This document shows, in pieces, positions 8,533-17,536 of a DNA stretch of 64,000 nucleotides. Within the stretch, counting starts at the first letter, position 1. The number at the start of each line of letters is the position of its first letter. A program made the translations under genes and the position numbers. Location: positions 354 through 64,353 of the forward strand of contig JAUVBY010000002.1 of NCBI GenBank assembly GCA_030590945.1, written 5' to 3'. This DNA is from Gammaproteobacteria bacterium (GTDB lineage: Bacteria; Pseudomonadota; Gammaproteobacteria; Arenicellales; Poriferihabitantaceae). Under the pieces are notes generated by a model that worked only from the letters and a program-made list of their open reading frames with translations, did not search any database and had not been told where the DNA came from.

Positions 8533-8784
8533 GCGCTTCAAAACCTCATCTGTCAGCAGGGAGGCCTAATATGGGGTGCTGTATTTCAGCATACACTTTG
8601 AATTTATAGATTATGCCAGGGATGGCTTGAAATCTATTTTTGTCTCTTATGCCGCCCCAAGGTCTGTTAATTTGCCAATTGCGAGATAAATGCACTACTA
8701 TTGTCGGCTTAGCGCTCCCTTGAGCCGACCACCCTTTATCACATCATTTTCGCTGCATAATGTGACCCCAAAGAGAGAGAAAAA

Positions 8785-10698
8785 ATGAATAAATTCAATC
8801 GCCGAGATTTTATTAAATATATGGCCGCCGGCTCTGCTGCAGGTGCGGCTGGCCTGGCTTTACCCAGCCTGATGGGGCGTGAGCGTATGGCGCAAGCTGC
8901 GGCCGATTATTACGATGTGCCGATGCAGGGCGATGCACGTATCCTGCATATCACCGATGTTCACGGGCAATTGTTCCCGGTGTATTTTCGCGAGCCTAAT
9001 GTGAACCTGGGCCTGGGCGGGGCGTTTGATCGACTGCCGCATGTGGTAGGAAAGAGACTTCTGGAGCGCGTTGGCTATGAAGAAAATAGCCGCGAATCCT
9101 ATGCCTACACCTATCTCGATTTTGATAATGCGATGAAAAAATATGGTCGCATGGGTGGTTTTGCGCACGTGAAAACCTTGCTTGACCAATTGCGCGATTC
9201 GGCGGGTGGCAAGCAAAACACCCTGACTCTGGACGGTGGCGATTTGTGGCAGGGTTCGGCAACGGCACTGTGGACGCGCGGCGTGGATATGGTTGAGGCG
9301 TCTAATATTCTCGGCCTGGATGTGATGGTCGGTCATTGGGAGTTCACCTATAAAGAGGACGAAGTACTAAATAATGTGGCACTGTTTAAGGGCGATTTTA
9401 TTGGCCAGAATGTGCGCGTTAAGGATGAATCTTTGTTCGAAGATGCATACCCCGCACTAGTTGAGAAATACGATGGTCGTGGTTTGTTTGACGAGAGCAC
9501 CGGCCATGCTTTCCAGCCTTATGTGATTAAGGAAGTCAATGGTGCGCGTATTTGTATCGTTGGGCAGGCTTTCCCGCGTACCGCGAATGCCAACCCGCAG
9601 GAATTTTTCCCGGACTGGTCTTTTGGCTTACGCGAAGACGACATGATCGCATTGGTCGAGCAAATTCATGCCGATGAAAATCCGGATGCGGTGGTGTTGC
9701 TCTCGCACAATGGCATGGATGTAGATTTGAAAATGGCTGAGCGTATTCCGGGCCTGAACGCCGTATTTGGCGGGCATACGCACGATGGCATGCCCAAACC
9801 GGTTGAAGTGCCGAACGTCAGTGGTGGCACCTGCCTGGTAACCAATGCAGGCTCGCACGGAAAATATGTGGGGGTGATGGATTTTGGCTTTAGCGATGGT
9901 AAGGTTAATATGAACTACAAAATGTTGCCGGTGTTTGAGGACATGCTGGAGAAAGATAAGGAGATGGATGCCTACCTGAATCAGATGATGCAAACTACTT
10001 ACGATGAGGATGTTGTGGAAAGTCGCCGCAGTGAATTTTACTTCAACGCTGATCGCGTCGGAAAATCGTATAAAGACATTCTGGATGAAAAGCTGGCCAT
10101 TGCGGGCGAGACGTTGTACCGCCGCGGTAACTTCATGGGCACCTGGGATCAGGTGCTGTGTGACGCACTGAACGATGAATACAAATCCGATATGTCTTTG
10201 TCCGCGGGTGTACGCTGGGGAACCACTGTGCCCAAAGGTGAGTGGATTACCATGGGTGACATGATGACCCAATGCGCGATCACTTATGGTGAAACCTACG
10301 TGCGTGATATGCAGGGTGCTGAAATCGTAACCATGCTCGAAGGTATCGCGGGCAACCTGTTTGACAAGGATCCGTATTTACAGTCGGGTGGTGACATGGT
10401 GCGCGTGGGCGGGCTTGATTTTACGATTGAGCCAGGCAAAGACGAGAACCGTTTGAGTGATATTCGCTTCAACAAAACCGGTGAAGCACTGGATCCGCAG
10501 AAAATGTATTCGGTTTCGGGTTGGGCTACGGTTGGTGCGGCACCGGAAGGGCGATTAATCTGGGATATCGTACGCGATTATATTTTGCGTGCACGGGACG
10601 AGAATAAGGTGCTGAATCTCAAATATATCAACACGCCCAAACTGGTGGGTATGAATGACAATCCTGGCCTGGCGGACTATATTGGCGAGACGGGGTAA
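8785..10698 (+). CDS. soxB: thiosulfohydrolase SoxB
   Basis: Tat signal (RRDFIKYMAAGSAAGAAG). Dimetal phosphoesterase motifs (ILHITDVHGQ, GGDLWQGS, GHWEF, GGHTHD). 5'-nucleotidase-like C-terminal domain. Size 637 aa. Confidence 0.92.
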   Translation: MNKFNRRDFIKYMAAGSAAGAAGLALPSLMGRERMAQAAADYYDVPMQGDARILHITDVHGQLFPVYFREPNVNLGLGGAFDRLPHVVGKRLLERVGYEENSRESYAYTYLDFDNAMKKYGRMGGFAHVKTLLDQLRDSAGGKQNTLTLDGGDLWQGSATALWTRGVDMVEASNILGLDVMVGHWEFTYKEDEVLNNVALFKGDFIGQNVRVKDESLFEDAYPALVEKYDGRGLFDESTGHAFQPYVIKEVNGARICIVGQAFPRTANANPQEFFPDWSFGLREDDMIALVEQIHADENPDAVVLLSHNGMDVDLKMAERIPGLNAVFGGHTHDGMPKPVEVPNVSGGTCLVTNAGSHGKYVGVMDFGFSDGKVNMNYKMLPVFEDMLEKDKEMDAYLNQMMQTTYDEDVVESRRSEFYFNADRVGKSYKDILDEKLAIAGETLYRRGNFMGTWDQVLCDALNDEYKSDMSLSAGVRWGTTVPKGEWITMGDMMTQCAITYGETYVRDMQGAEIVTMLEGIAGNLFDKDPYLQSGGDMVRVGGLDFTIEPGKDENRLSDIRFNKTGEALDPQKMYSVSGWATVGAAPEGRLIWDIVRDYILRARDENKVLNLKYINTPKLVGMNDNPGLADYIGETG

Positions 10699-10740
10699 GC
10701 CTGCCCTTGCCGGGAAACGATATTACGACTCGAAGTGCAG

Positions 10741-10813
10741 GGTGGATAAGCCGCGCGCATCCACCATTTCGTCGTCGATTATTGGTGGATACGCCTGCTG
10801 CTTATCCACCCTA
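10741..10813. repeat. pair of REP-type palindromes in inverted orientation
   Basis: GGTGGATAAGCCGCGCGCATCCACC (10741-10765) and GGTGGATACGCCTGCTGCTTATCCACCCTAC (10784-10813). Same family as the copies at 17484 and 49810. Confidence 0.85.
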
Positions 10814-10847
10814 CCCATACCCTGGGGCTGAGTCGAGGTTCTAAAAA

Positions 10848-11465
10848 ATGGTGGGAACCGACAGGGAAATAGATTTCTATCTGGATTTCACCTCTCCTTA
10901 CGCGTATTTAGCGTCAACACAAATTGATGCGCTGGCCGAAAAATTTGGCTATACCGTTATCCGGCGCCCATTTCTAATTGGTGCCACGTTCAAAACTACC
11001 GGGCGAAAACCCCTTATTCAGCATCCGCTGGTGTGGGAATATAGCCTGCACGATGTTCAGCGTACTGCACGAATGCTTGGGCAATCGATTAATATCCCGG
11101 TTAAATTCCCCATTCTTAGCGTCAAACCCGGTCGTCTTTTTTACTATTTTCAGGAGCGGGATGGCGATCAGGGGGTGGCAAAAGAATTTGCTTCAGCCGT
11201 GTTTCAGGCCTATTTCGTTGAGCAAAAGGATATTACGGATAATCATGTCCTGGGGCAGATTTGCGCTGCATTTGGCCTGGATGAAGCGGACGTAGGCGAG
11301 ATCGTAAAATCTGCCGGGATGAAGGTCCGCTTCAAAGCAGAAGTCGATGCAGCGATACAACGTAATGTGTTCGGTGCGCCGACGTTTATTGTCAGAAACG
11401 AAATGTTCTGGGGTGTAGACAAGCTTGATCAGTTAGGGAAATGGCTTGAGACCGGTGGATGGTAG
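10848..11465 (+). CDS. 2-hydroxychromene-2-carboxylate isomerase / DsbA-like thioredoxin-fold protein
   Basis: N-terminus IDFYLDFTSPYAYLA and C-terminus GAPTFIV...FWGVDKL are typical of the HCCA-isomerase (DsbA-like) family. Confidence 0.75.
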   Translation: MVGTDREIDFYLDFTSPYAYLASTQIDALAEKFGYTVIRRPFLIGATFKTTGRKPLIQHPLVWEYSLHDVQRTARMLGQSINIPVKFPILSVKPGRLFYYFQERDGDQGVAKEFASAVFQAYFVEQKDITDNHVLGQICAAFGLDEADVGEIVKSAGMKVRFKAEVDAAIQRNVFGAPTFIVRNEMFWGVDKLDQLGKWLETGGW

Positions 11466-11540
11466 CGCGACCTGGGTATTATTGCTCCGTGTCGCGCTGG
11501 CTGGTAGACTGCAGCCATTCTAATCCTTTTTGATATCTCT

Positions 11541-12233
11541 ATGCGAACCCGATCTGTTTTGATGCGTATCCCCGGCCTGGTGACAATACTGAGTCTGTTG
11601 CTGCTGAGTGCCTGCGCCAGTACAGATCTGAAGCCGAAACTGGTCAGGACAGAATCCGTTGATTTCCAGAAATCATTTAGCGAAATGTCGTTCAAGGTGT
11701 TGCCAGCGGAAGAACGCGTTCGTCTTAAAATTGATGGTACAGACTCCAGGTTTGGTTTTACCGGTGGCGCCAGCCATTACGAGGCACTCGTTTTGCCTGA
11801 CCTGGTGAAGCCGTACATCCTGCAGATTGATAGCGAAGTTGTCAGGGGCGGACTGGGCCATCCCGGCACGCTGTTTTTTCCGGTGGTGACCTTCCTTGAT
11901 GAAAAAAAAGAATGGCTTAAAACCTTTGACGCTTTACCCTACGTCGTTCAAAAACCCTTCGGTAGCGCCAACTACATGACGGTATCGCTACAGATCAGCG
12001 ATGAACTGGCTGCCGCGCATTATATTGTCATCCATACGCAGGATGACAAATTGAACAAGGCCATAGGTTACTTTGAAGGCGAGGCTATACTGCAATCCAG
12101 TGGATTCAGTACCATGATGACCGCTCCGGTTGAAAAACCACGATATCGCTATGAATTTGCTCCGCTGGGGTGGGTGCGTCTTAAAGCATCCCTGCCATCA
12201 GGGCACAATACAAAAGTATCTACGCAGTATTAG
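11541..12233 (+). CDS. lipoprotein of unknown function (possibly MalM-like)
   Basis: Lipobox LLLLSAC after a basic N-terminus. 230-aa soluble domain. The family call is tentative. Confidence 0.6.
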   Translation: MRTRSVLMRIPGLVTILSLLLLSACASTDLKPKLVRTESVDFQKSFSEMSFKVLPAEERVRLKIDGTDSRFGFTGGASHYEALVLPDLVKPYILQIDSEVVRGGLGHPGTLFFPVVTFLDEKKEWLKTFDALPYVVQKPFGSANYMTVSLQISDELAAAHYIVIHTQDDKLNKAIGYFEGEAILQSSGFSTMMTAPVEKPRYRYEFAPLGWVRLKASLPSGHNTKVSTQY

Positions 12234-12249
12234 CTTTAGGGCTACCAGG

Positions 12250-13386
12250 CTATGTTCCGGCCTGGTTGTTCTGCGCCTGCTGCAGGGTTTCCCGCCAGCG
12301 CTGATATGTGGGTGAGGTCTTATAAGCTTCTGCAAGCACATATTCCAGTACGCCGCGTAATCGATAGAGCCTGACGACGGAATCAATTCTAAACACCTCT
12401 TTGCCGTCACGATCGAAAAAGACCAGCGTGGGCGTGTCGAATATTCCCAGTTCCTGCGACCATTTTCGCGCGGTAGAGCGTTTTCCTTCCGGAGTCAGAA
12501 CCCTTTGATCTGACCACATATCCAGCTGTACTGCTTCAAACTGTCCAAGCAGTTTGCGGGTGGCGTCATCTTCCACCGGGTCCGAATGCAGGATATCGCA
12601 GGCGTGGCAGTTCTGGCGTTCAAAAAATACCACCAGCGGGGCCTGTGCAGAAAAGCGGCTTCGATCTAAACCATACGGTGGCTGCATAAAAAAATCCTGT
12701 TCGTTCATGTCCGCCAGGTCGAACTTGGGCGGTGGATTAGCGCGGGCCATGTAATCTCGATAGGATTCTGCCTTGTAATAGCCCTCGACCACGTATTTCA
12801 GCGCCCCCCTGAATTTGTAAGGAGGATGGTAGCCGCGTAGACGCAGGGCTTCTGTGCCGTCTTCGGTATAAAATATGAGGGAAGGCGTAAAGTCGGTTTG
12901 TTCAAATTCGGCGAGGGATTTTTCTTCAAGTTCGTTGCCGTCGAAATCGGTTACGATGCGGTTCCCCCAGATGTCTAGCGCAATGACATCAAAATTCTGG
13001 CGCGTGTAGTTCACAATATCCTGTTCTTTTTCGAAGTTCACTTCGAGCAGGGCTTCGCAATACGCACAGTGAGTTTGCCCAAAGTATAAGATGATGCCTT
13101 TTTTTCCTTTTGACTTAGCCTGTGCCAGGTCGTTTGGAAGATTAAGAAAGGTTTCGCTAAACCAGGCAGGGTGCTCATTATCAGTAAGGCGGGGCGCATC
13201 ATCGATGAAAGGGGTATCAATGGATTTGCCGAAGTTCAGCTCAAAGTTCGCTGAAACAAGTGGTTCAGCCGCATAAGCAGGCGCTGTTAGGCTGAGATGG
13301 AGACACGCAAACAGAGCGCTAAGCAGGCTTAGTGTGTATTGCAAGTGGGCAATCAGGTTGTGAGAATGAGCCTGATTATGAAGCAA
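12250..13386 (-). CDS. exported protein with two tandem thioredoxin-like domains
   Basis: Signal peptide ...LTAPAYA. Two CxxC sites in similar contexts (GQTHCAYCE and ERQNCHACD). TTG start, so the start position is uncertain. Confidence 0.7.
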   Translation of the reverse strand: MLHNQAHSHNLIAHLQYTLSLLSALFACLHLSLTAPAYAAEPLVSANFELNFGKSIDTPFIDDAPRLTDNEHPAWFSETFLNLPNDLAQAKSKGKKGIILYFGQTHCAYCEALLEVNFEKEQDIVNYTRQNFDVIALDIWGNRIVTDFDGNELEEKSLAEFEQTDFTPSLIFYTEDGTEALRLRGYHPPYKFRGALKYVVEGYYKAESYRDYMARANPPPKFDLADMNEQDFFMQPPYGLDRSRFSAQAPLVVFFERQNCHACDILHSDPVEDDATRKLLGQFEAVQLDMWSDQRVLTPEGKRSTARKWSQELGIFDTPTLVFFDRDGKEVFRIDSVVRLYRLRGVLEYVLAEAYKTSPTYQRWRETLQQAQNNQAGT

Positions 13387-13527
13387 GGCGCTGACTTGCG
13401 CAAAGTAAGGGCGAAAATGTTCCGTGATTTATCGATTTTCGATTTTAAACACAAATGCCGCAGAGAAAACAAAATGTCTGTTTTCTGTTTCCTCTGTGCC
13501 AAATCTAATCGTTAATACCGGTCCGGG

Positions 13528-14193
13528 TCAGTCGTCCATGATGCCCAGGATATGCAGCAAGGAGGTAAACAGATTAAAAATCGAAACAAACAGGGTTACC
13601 GTGGCGTTAATGTAATTGGTTTCACCGCCATGTACGATCGCACTGGTCTGGTACAGAATCAGGCCGGACATGAGCATAATAAACATCGCGGAAACCGCTA
13701 GCGACAGCATCGGCATTTGAAAGAAAATGGCGCCAAGCCCCATCAGAAACCCCACCAGGATACCCGCCATCAGCATGCCACCCATGAAAGAAAAATCTTT
13801 GCGTGAGATTACTGCATAAGCGGACAGGGCAACGAAAATCGCTCCGGTACCACCCATTGCCGTCATGACAATGCTATTACCATTGGGGAGATTGGTCATA
13901 TACAGACTCACGATCGGGCCCAGAGTAAGCCCCATGAAACCTGTCAGGGCAAATACAAACAGTAGACCGAGCGCGGAATTACTGAACTTTGAAGTCAGAA
14001 ACAGCAAGCCGAAATAGCCGATAAGGGTCGGTACGATGCCCATCGGCGGCCAGTTCATAGTCATAGAAAGACCGGCCATTGCTGCGCTGAACAATAGCGT
14101 CATTGAAAGTAGCAGGTAGGTATTCTTCAGCGTGGAATTGATTACAATTTCACGCGATTGTACGGACCCGCTCGAGTCGATAATTCTAGCCAT
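13528..14193 (-). CDS. Bax inhibitor-1/YccA-family membrane protein
   Basis: 221 aa with 7 hydrophobic segments. N-terminus ...NTYLLLSMTLLFSA and the C-terminal charged tail are typical of the BI-1/YccA family. Confidence 0.85.
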   Translation of the reverse strand: MARIIDSSGSVQSREIVINSTLKNTYLLLSMTLLFSAAMAGLSMTMNWPPMGIVPTLIGYFGLLFLTSKFSNSALGLLFVFALTGFMGLTLGPIVSLYMTNLPNGNSIVMTAMGGTGAIFVALSAYAVISRKDFSFMGGMLMAGILVGFLMGLGAIFFQMPMLSLAVSAMFIMLMSGLILYQTSAIVHGGETNYINATVTLFVSIFNLFTSLLHILGIMDD

Positions 14194-14467
14194 GATTTCT
14201 CCGGTATGTTTTTGCAGTTTGAGTAATACTTTACTTTATACGGTGTGCACCGAAAAATTCAAGTTAATTCGAAGTAATGTAGTGTATTTCTATACCCGAA
14301 CCCGCCAGGGGCCTGTGCTACTTTTGTGATCTTTATGTTGGGGATTGGCTTGCATATCCGCTGGTAATAATTATTCAACTAAAGTTGCCCCTCCAAATTG
14401 GTATAGTTTATAATTTATGTGGTATATAAAATATCTATTAAATTAAATTCTAATATGAGGTGTTCAA

Positions 14468-15376
14468 TTGGCTGATCGGCGATTACAAGTTTTTACCACT
14501 GTGGCACGGCTTTTAAGTTTCACCAAGGCTGCCGAAACGCTTCATATGACGCAACCTGCGGTTACGTTCCAGATTCGACAGTTGGAAGAATATTTCAACG
14601 CGCGATTATTCGACCGTACGCATAATCGAATCACGCTCACTGAAACAGGTGAGCTGGTGCAAACCTATGCGGATCAGATTATCGAGAAATACAAGGAAAT
14701 GGACAATGCCGTACGCACCTTGACGGGCGAGGTGCAGGGGCCACTGGTCATTGGTGCGAGTACTACGATTGGCGATTACGTCATCCCGGAAATTCTCGGC
14801 GAGTATCAGCGTAGTTTTCCGGATGTGACCATTCGGCTGAATATTTCCAATACCCAGGGTATTATTTACATGGTCGAGAACAATGAAATCGATATCGGTA
14901 TCGTTGAAGGCCCGGTAGGAAACAAAAACCTGACCACCGAAGTCTGCTGGTACGATGAGCTGGTATTGGCCTGTGCGCCCGATCACCCGCTGGCAAAAAA
15001 ATCGAAAGTCAAAGTTGGCGATATCATCGAATTCCCGTTTATCGGGCGTGAGGAGGGTTCCGGTACGCGCGGCGTATTTACCCACTACATTGAGTCGCAC
15101 GGAAATTCTGCCGATAGTTTGAATCGTATCCTTGAATTTACCAGCCCCGAGTCAATCAAGGCAGCAGTGGGCGCAGGTCTGGGTGTGACGGTTCAGTCTA
15201 TCGCGACCTTACAAAAAGAAGTTCAACTGGGCTTGTTAGCGACGATTCCACTTGATCCGCCTCTTAACCGACCATTTTCTCTGGTGTATCAGCGGCAGAA
15301 GTTTCGCGTTCAGGCGATGGAAGAATTTCTGCAGTTTGCGCAGACGCACTGCGAGAAACGTAAGAAGAAAAAATAA
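14468..15376 (+). CDS. LysR-family transcriptional regulator
   Basis: N-terminal HTH FTKAAETLHMTQPAVTFQIRQLE. About 300 aa. TTG start 5 nt after GAGGTG. Confidence 0.88.
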   Translation: MADRRLQVFTTVARLLSFTKAAETLHMTQPAVTFQIRQLEEYFNARLFDRTHNRITLTETGELVQTYADQIIEKYKEMDNAVRTLTGEVQGPLVIGASTTIGDYVIPEILGEYQRSFPDVTIRLNISNTQGIIYMVENNEIDIGIVEGPVGNKNLTTEVCWYDELVLACAPDHPLAKKSKVKVGDIIEFPFIGREEGSGTRGVFTHYIESHGNSADSLNRILEFTSPESIKAAVGAGLGVTVQSIATLQKEVQLGLLATIPLDPPLNRPFSLVYQRQKFRVQAMEEFLQFAQTHCEKRKKKK

Positions 15377-15418
15377 GCAGCTTTACATTATCACTGTCGG
15401 AACATAAGGCCTGTACGC

Positions 15419-15811
15419 GTGTTGATCCCCCAAAAGAGTAAAAATTCCTCGCGGACATCTCGTCTGGAGGAGACGGCGGATATAGCGGCGCAGCTTCCGG
15501 ATGAAGCGCTGGCAACACTGCATGAATTCGCCGGTTTCCTGGCGAATAAATATCCGCCGGAAGCAGTAGCGCCTGCCGAGATTGTCCCCATTCCCCGCCC
15601 CGAGAAAGAGGGTGTTATTCCTGCCATCAAGCGTTTGTCGAAAACCTATCCGATGCTGGATAAAAAAGTGTTATTCGAACAAACTTCGGCCGCCATGAGC
15701 GCGCATGTATTGAAAGAAGTGCCGACTGAAGAATCAATAGACCGGCTCGAAACCGTGTTTCGCAGGGAATACGATGATTATTTGGCAAAATCAGCTGGAA
15801 AGGACGAATAA
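15419..15811 (+). CDS. hypothetical protein
   Basis: 130-aa ORF with a GTG start. The N-terminal segment (LPDEALATLHEFAGFLANKY) resembles DUF2281-type helices. No other recognisable motif. Confidence 0.4.
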   Translation: MLIPQKSKNSSRTSRLEETADIAAQLPDEALATLHEFAGFLANKYPPEAVAPAEIVPIPRPEKEGVIPAIKRLSKTYPMLDKKVLFEQTSAAMSAHVLKEVPTEESIDRLETVFRREYDDYLAKSAGKDE

Positions 15812-15928
15812 CAGCGGTTACGCCCCGACTCGGCCTGTCAGGTTGCCAGCCAGTCAAAGCGATTAAGCTTCGAGTGGATTTAGTGAATATAGCTTGATAA
15901 TCACCGCGGTGCGCTCTACGATAAAGGG

Positions 15929-16441
15929 ATGGCTTATCTTGGACGCAAGCGCAATAAATCTGGACTCGATCGTGACGGTTATCGCCCGAACGTGGGAATC
16001 ATTGTGTGCAATCAGGCTTGCCAGGTACTGTGGGCGCGCCGTGTGCGTCACGATGGCTGGCAATTCCCTCAGGGGGGGGTCGAATACAAGGAATCGCCGC
16101 GTGAAGCCGCCTATCGTGAATTGTACGAAGAAGTAGGTTTATACCCGCATCATGTTCGCCTGCTAGGCACCACTGAAAAGTGGTATCGCTATGATGTGCC
16201 TAACCAGTCCCGTTTTGGTAATCGTTTTCGTGGCCAGAAGCAGCAGTGGTTCTTGTTTCATCTGACCGGTGAAGAGAATGATATTCAACTGGATAAAAGC
16301 GCCAAACCTGAGTTTGATGGCTGGTGCTGGGTTGATTACTGGCATCCTCTGGAAAATATAATCGCGTTTAAAAAAGAAGTGTATCGCGAAGCTCTGCTGG
16401 AACTGGAGCCCGTGATGCAGGCCGCTTTCCTGAAATCCTGA
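15929..16441 (+). CDS. rppH: RNA pyrophosphohydrolase RppH (NudH)
   Basis: GYRPNVGIIV... followed by the Nudix box GGVEYKESPREAAYRELYEEVGL. Confidence 0.92.
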   Translation: MAYLGRKRNKSGLDRDGYRPNVGIIVCNQACQVLWARRVRHDGWQFPQGGVEYKESPREAAYRELYEEVGLYPHHVRLLGTTEKWYRYDVPNQSRFGNRFRGQKQQWFLFHLTGEENDIQLDKSAKPEFDGWCWVDYWHPLENIIAFKKEVYREALLELEPVMQAAFLKS

Positions 16442-16457
16442 CGAACGTCATTCTGGA

Positions 16458-16835
16458 ATGGATAAAGTCGAGTCGATTAACGTATTGGGCGAACCGCTGG
16501 GTTTGTGCGGTGATGATCCTGTTACGGGTTTCTTTCGAGATGGAATGTGTAATACCTGTGAAGAAGACGCGGGGTCTCACACCGTCTGCATCGAAGTAAC
16601 GACCCGATTCCTTGAGTATTCACGCTTTAAGGGCAATGATTTATCAACACCGATGCCGGAGTTCGGTTTTCCGGGTTTGCGTGAAGGTGACCGTTGGTGT
16701 TTATGTGCCGCGCGTTGGATGCAGGCCTATCAGGATAAAGCGGCGCCTCGAGTTTTTTTGATGCGAACCCATAAGCGTGCGCTCGAGGCGGTGCCATTGG
16801 ATATACTGAAGAAATTTGCGGCTGATTTAAACTAG
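16458..16835 (+). CDS. DUF2237-family protein
   Basis: NVLGEPLGLCGDDPVTGFFRDGMCNT...GSHTVC...GDRWCLCAARW is the characteristic DUF2237 pattern. Confidence 0.8.
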   Translation: MDKVESINVLGEPLGLCGDDPVTGFFRDGMCNTCEEDAGSHTVCIEVTTRFLEYSRFKGNDLSTPMPEFGFPGLREGDRWCLCAARWMQAYQDKAAPRVFLMRTHKRALEAVPLDILKKFAADLN

Positions 16836-16863
16836 CCCGGATATTTCATGAATTGTTCGGGCT
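16834..16863. repeat. solo 30-bp palindrome matching the MITE-family terminus
   Basis: AGCCCGGATATTTCATGAATTGTTCGGGCT overlaps the DUF2237 stop codon. It is near-identical to the termini of the element at 40327-40490. Confidence 0.7.
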
Positions 16864-16970
16864 CGAACTCTGGCCGATAAAATTTACGGTCAATATGCCT
16901 CTGTGTCGAACTTTATTTGATACGCCGGGTCTGAATGCCTAGACCCACTCGTTCACAAGGTTTTCTTCTT

Positions 16971-17474
16971 ATGCAAATTACATTTCCCGCTGTTCGTAAG
17001 GCCTTAAGCCTGTTTCTGCTCATTGGGCTGGTTTCTTCATTCGCGCAAGCGGATAGTTCATTTCGTGATCTGCGCGGCAATATTACCTCGTTTGAGGCGC
17101 AGCAATCACCCGGCCAATGGACAGTCGTAATGATTTGGGCTTCAGACTGTCATATTTGCAATCAGGAATCTGGTGCGTATTCAAAGTTTCATACTCAGCA
17201 TGCGGGTCGGGATGCCCAAATCATCGGTATCTCTATCGATGGACAGCGGGGTAAAAAAGCGGCAGAAGCGTTTATTTCGCGTAATGGAGTGATATTCCCA
17301 AATTTGATCGCAGACGTGCAATTTGTTTCACGTTGGTATCAGGCAGAGACGGGCGAGACTTTTCGAGCCACGCCGACCTTCGTATTATTTGATCCTCAAG
17401 GTGAGGTCAGAGCCGCACAACCGGGTGCAGTTCCGCCTGATATTATTGAAGAATTCATTGCCGCGAACAGTTAA
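16971..17474 (+). CDS. TlpA/redoxin-like periplasmic thiol:disulfide oxidoreductase
   Basis: Signal peptide (MQITFPAVRKALSLFLLIGLVSSFAQA) and a WASDCHIC CxxC motif. The ORF also has an upstream ATG at 16935. Confidence 0.75.
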   Translation: MQITFPAVRKALSLFLLIGLVSSFAQADSSFRDLRGNITSFEAQQSPGQWTVVMIWASDCHICNQESGAYSKFHTQHAGRDAQIIGISIDGQRGKKAAEAFISRNGVIFPNLIADVQFVSRWYQAETGETFRATPTFVLFDPQGEVRAAQPGAVPPDIIEEFIAANS

Positions 17475-17483
17475 GAAGAGTGC

Positions 17484-17518
17484 GTAGGGGGGATAAGCCG
17501 CAGGCGCATCCACCCTAC
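17484..17518. repeat. REP-type palindrome (single copy)
   Basis: GTAGGGGGGATAAGCCGCAGGCGCATCCACCCTAC, located between convergent genes. Confidence 0.85.
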
Positions 17519-17536
17519 GTCTGAAGCCCCGCCTCT

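Noticed and set aside
10741-10813. DnaA-box-like 9-mers (TTATCCACC) close to the rsmG-parAB region, which could indicate oriC.
   Set aside because: They are part of the REP palindromes, occur at scattered loci, are 8/9 matches only, and are not accompanied by an AT-rich unwinding element or box cluster. No oriC-like region was seen near rsmG/parA.
13440-13480. AT-rich hairpin (AGAAAACA / TGTTTTCT) downstream of the BI-1 gene, considered as a terminator.
   Set aside because: The stem is 8 bp and almost entirely A-T, with no following U-tract on the relevant strand. It is too weak to call.
16072-16079. Homopolymer tracts inside CDSs: G8 in rppH, G9 at 48427-48435 in the coxG-like gene, and A8 at 11895-11902 and 52947-52954. 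Considered as phase-variation or frameshift sites.
   Set aside because: All four reading frames are intact across the tracts and encode family-typical residues (for example QFPQGGV of the Nudix fold). The tracts are short for slipped-strand switching. They only need checking if the assembly comes from error-prone reads.
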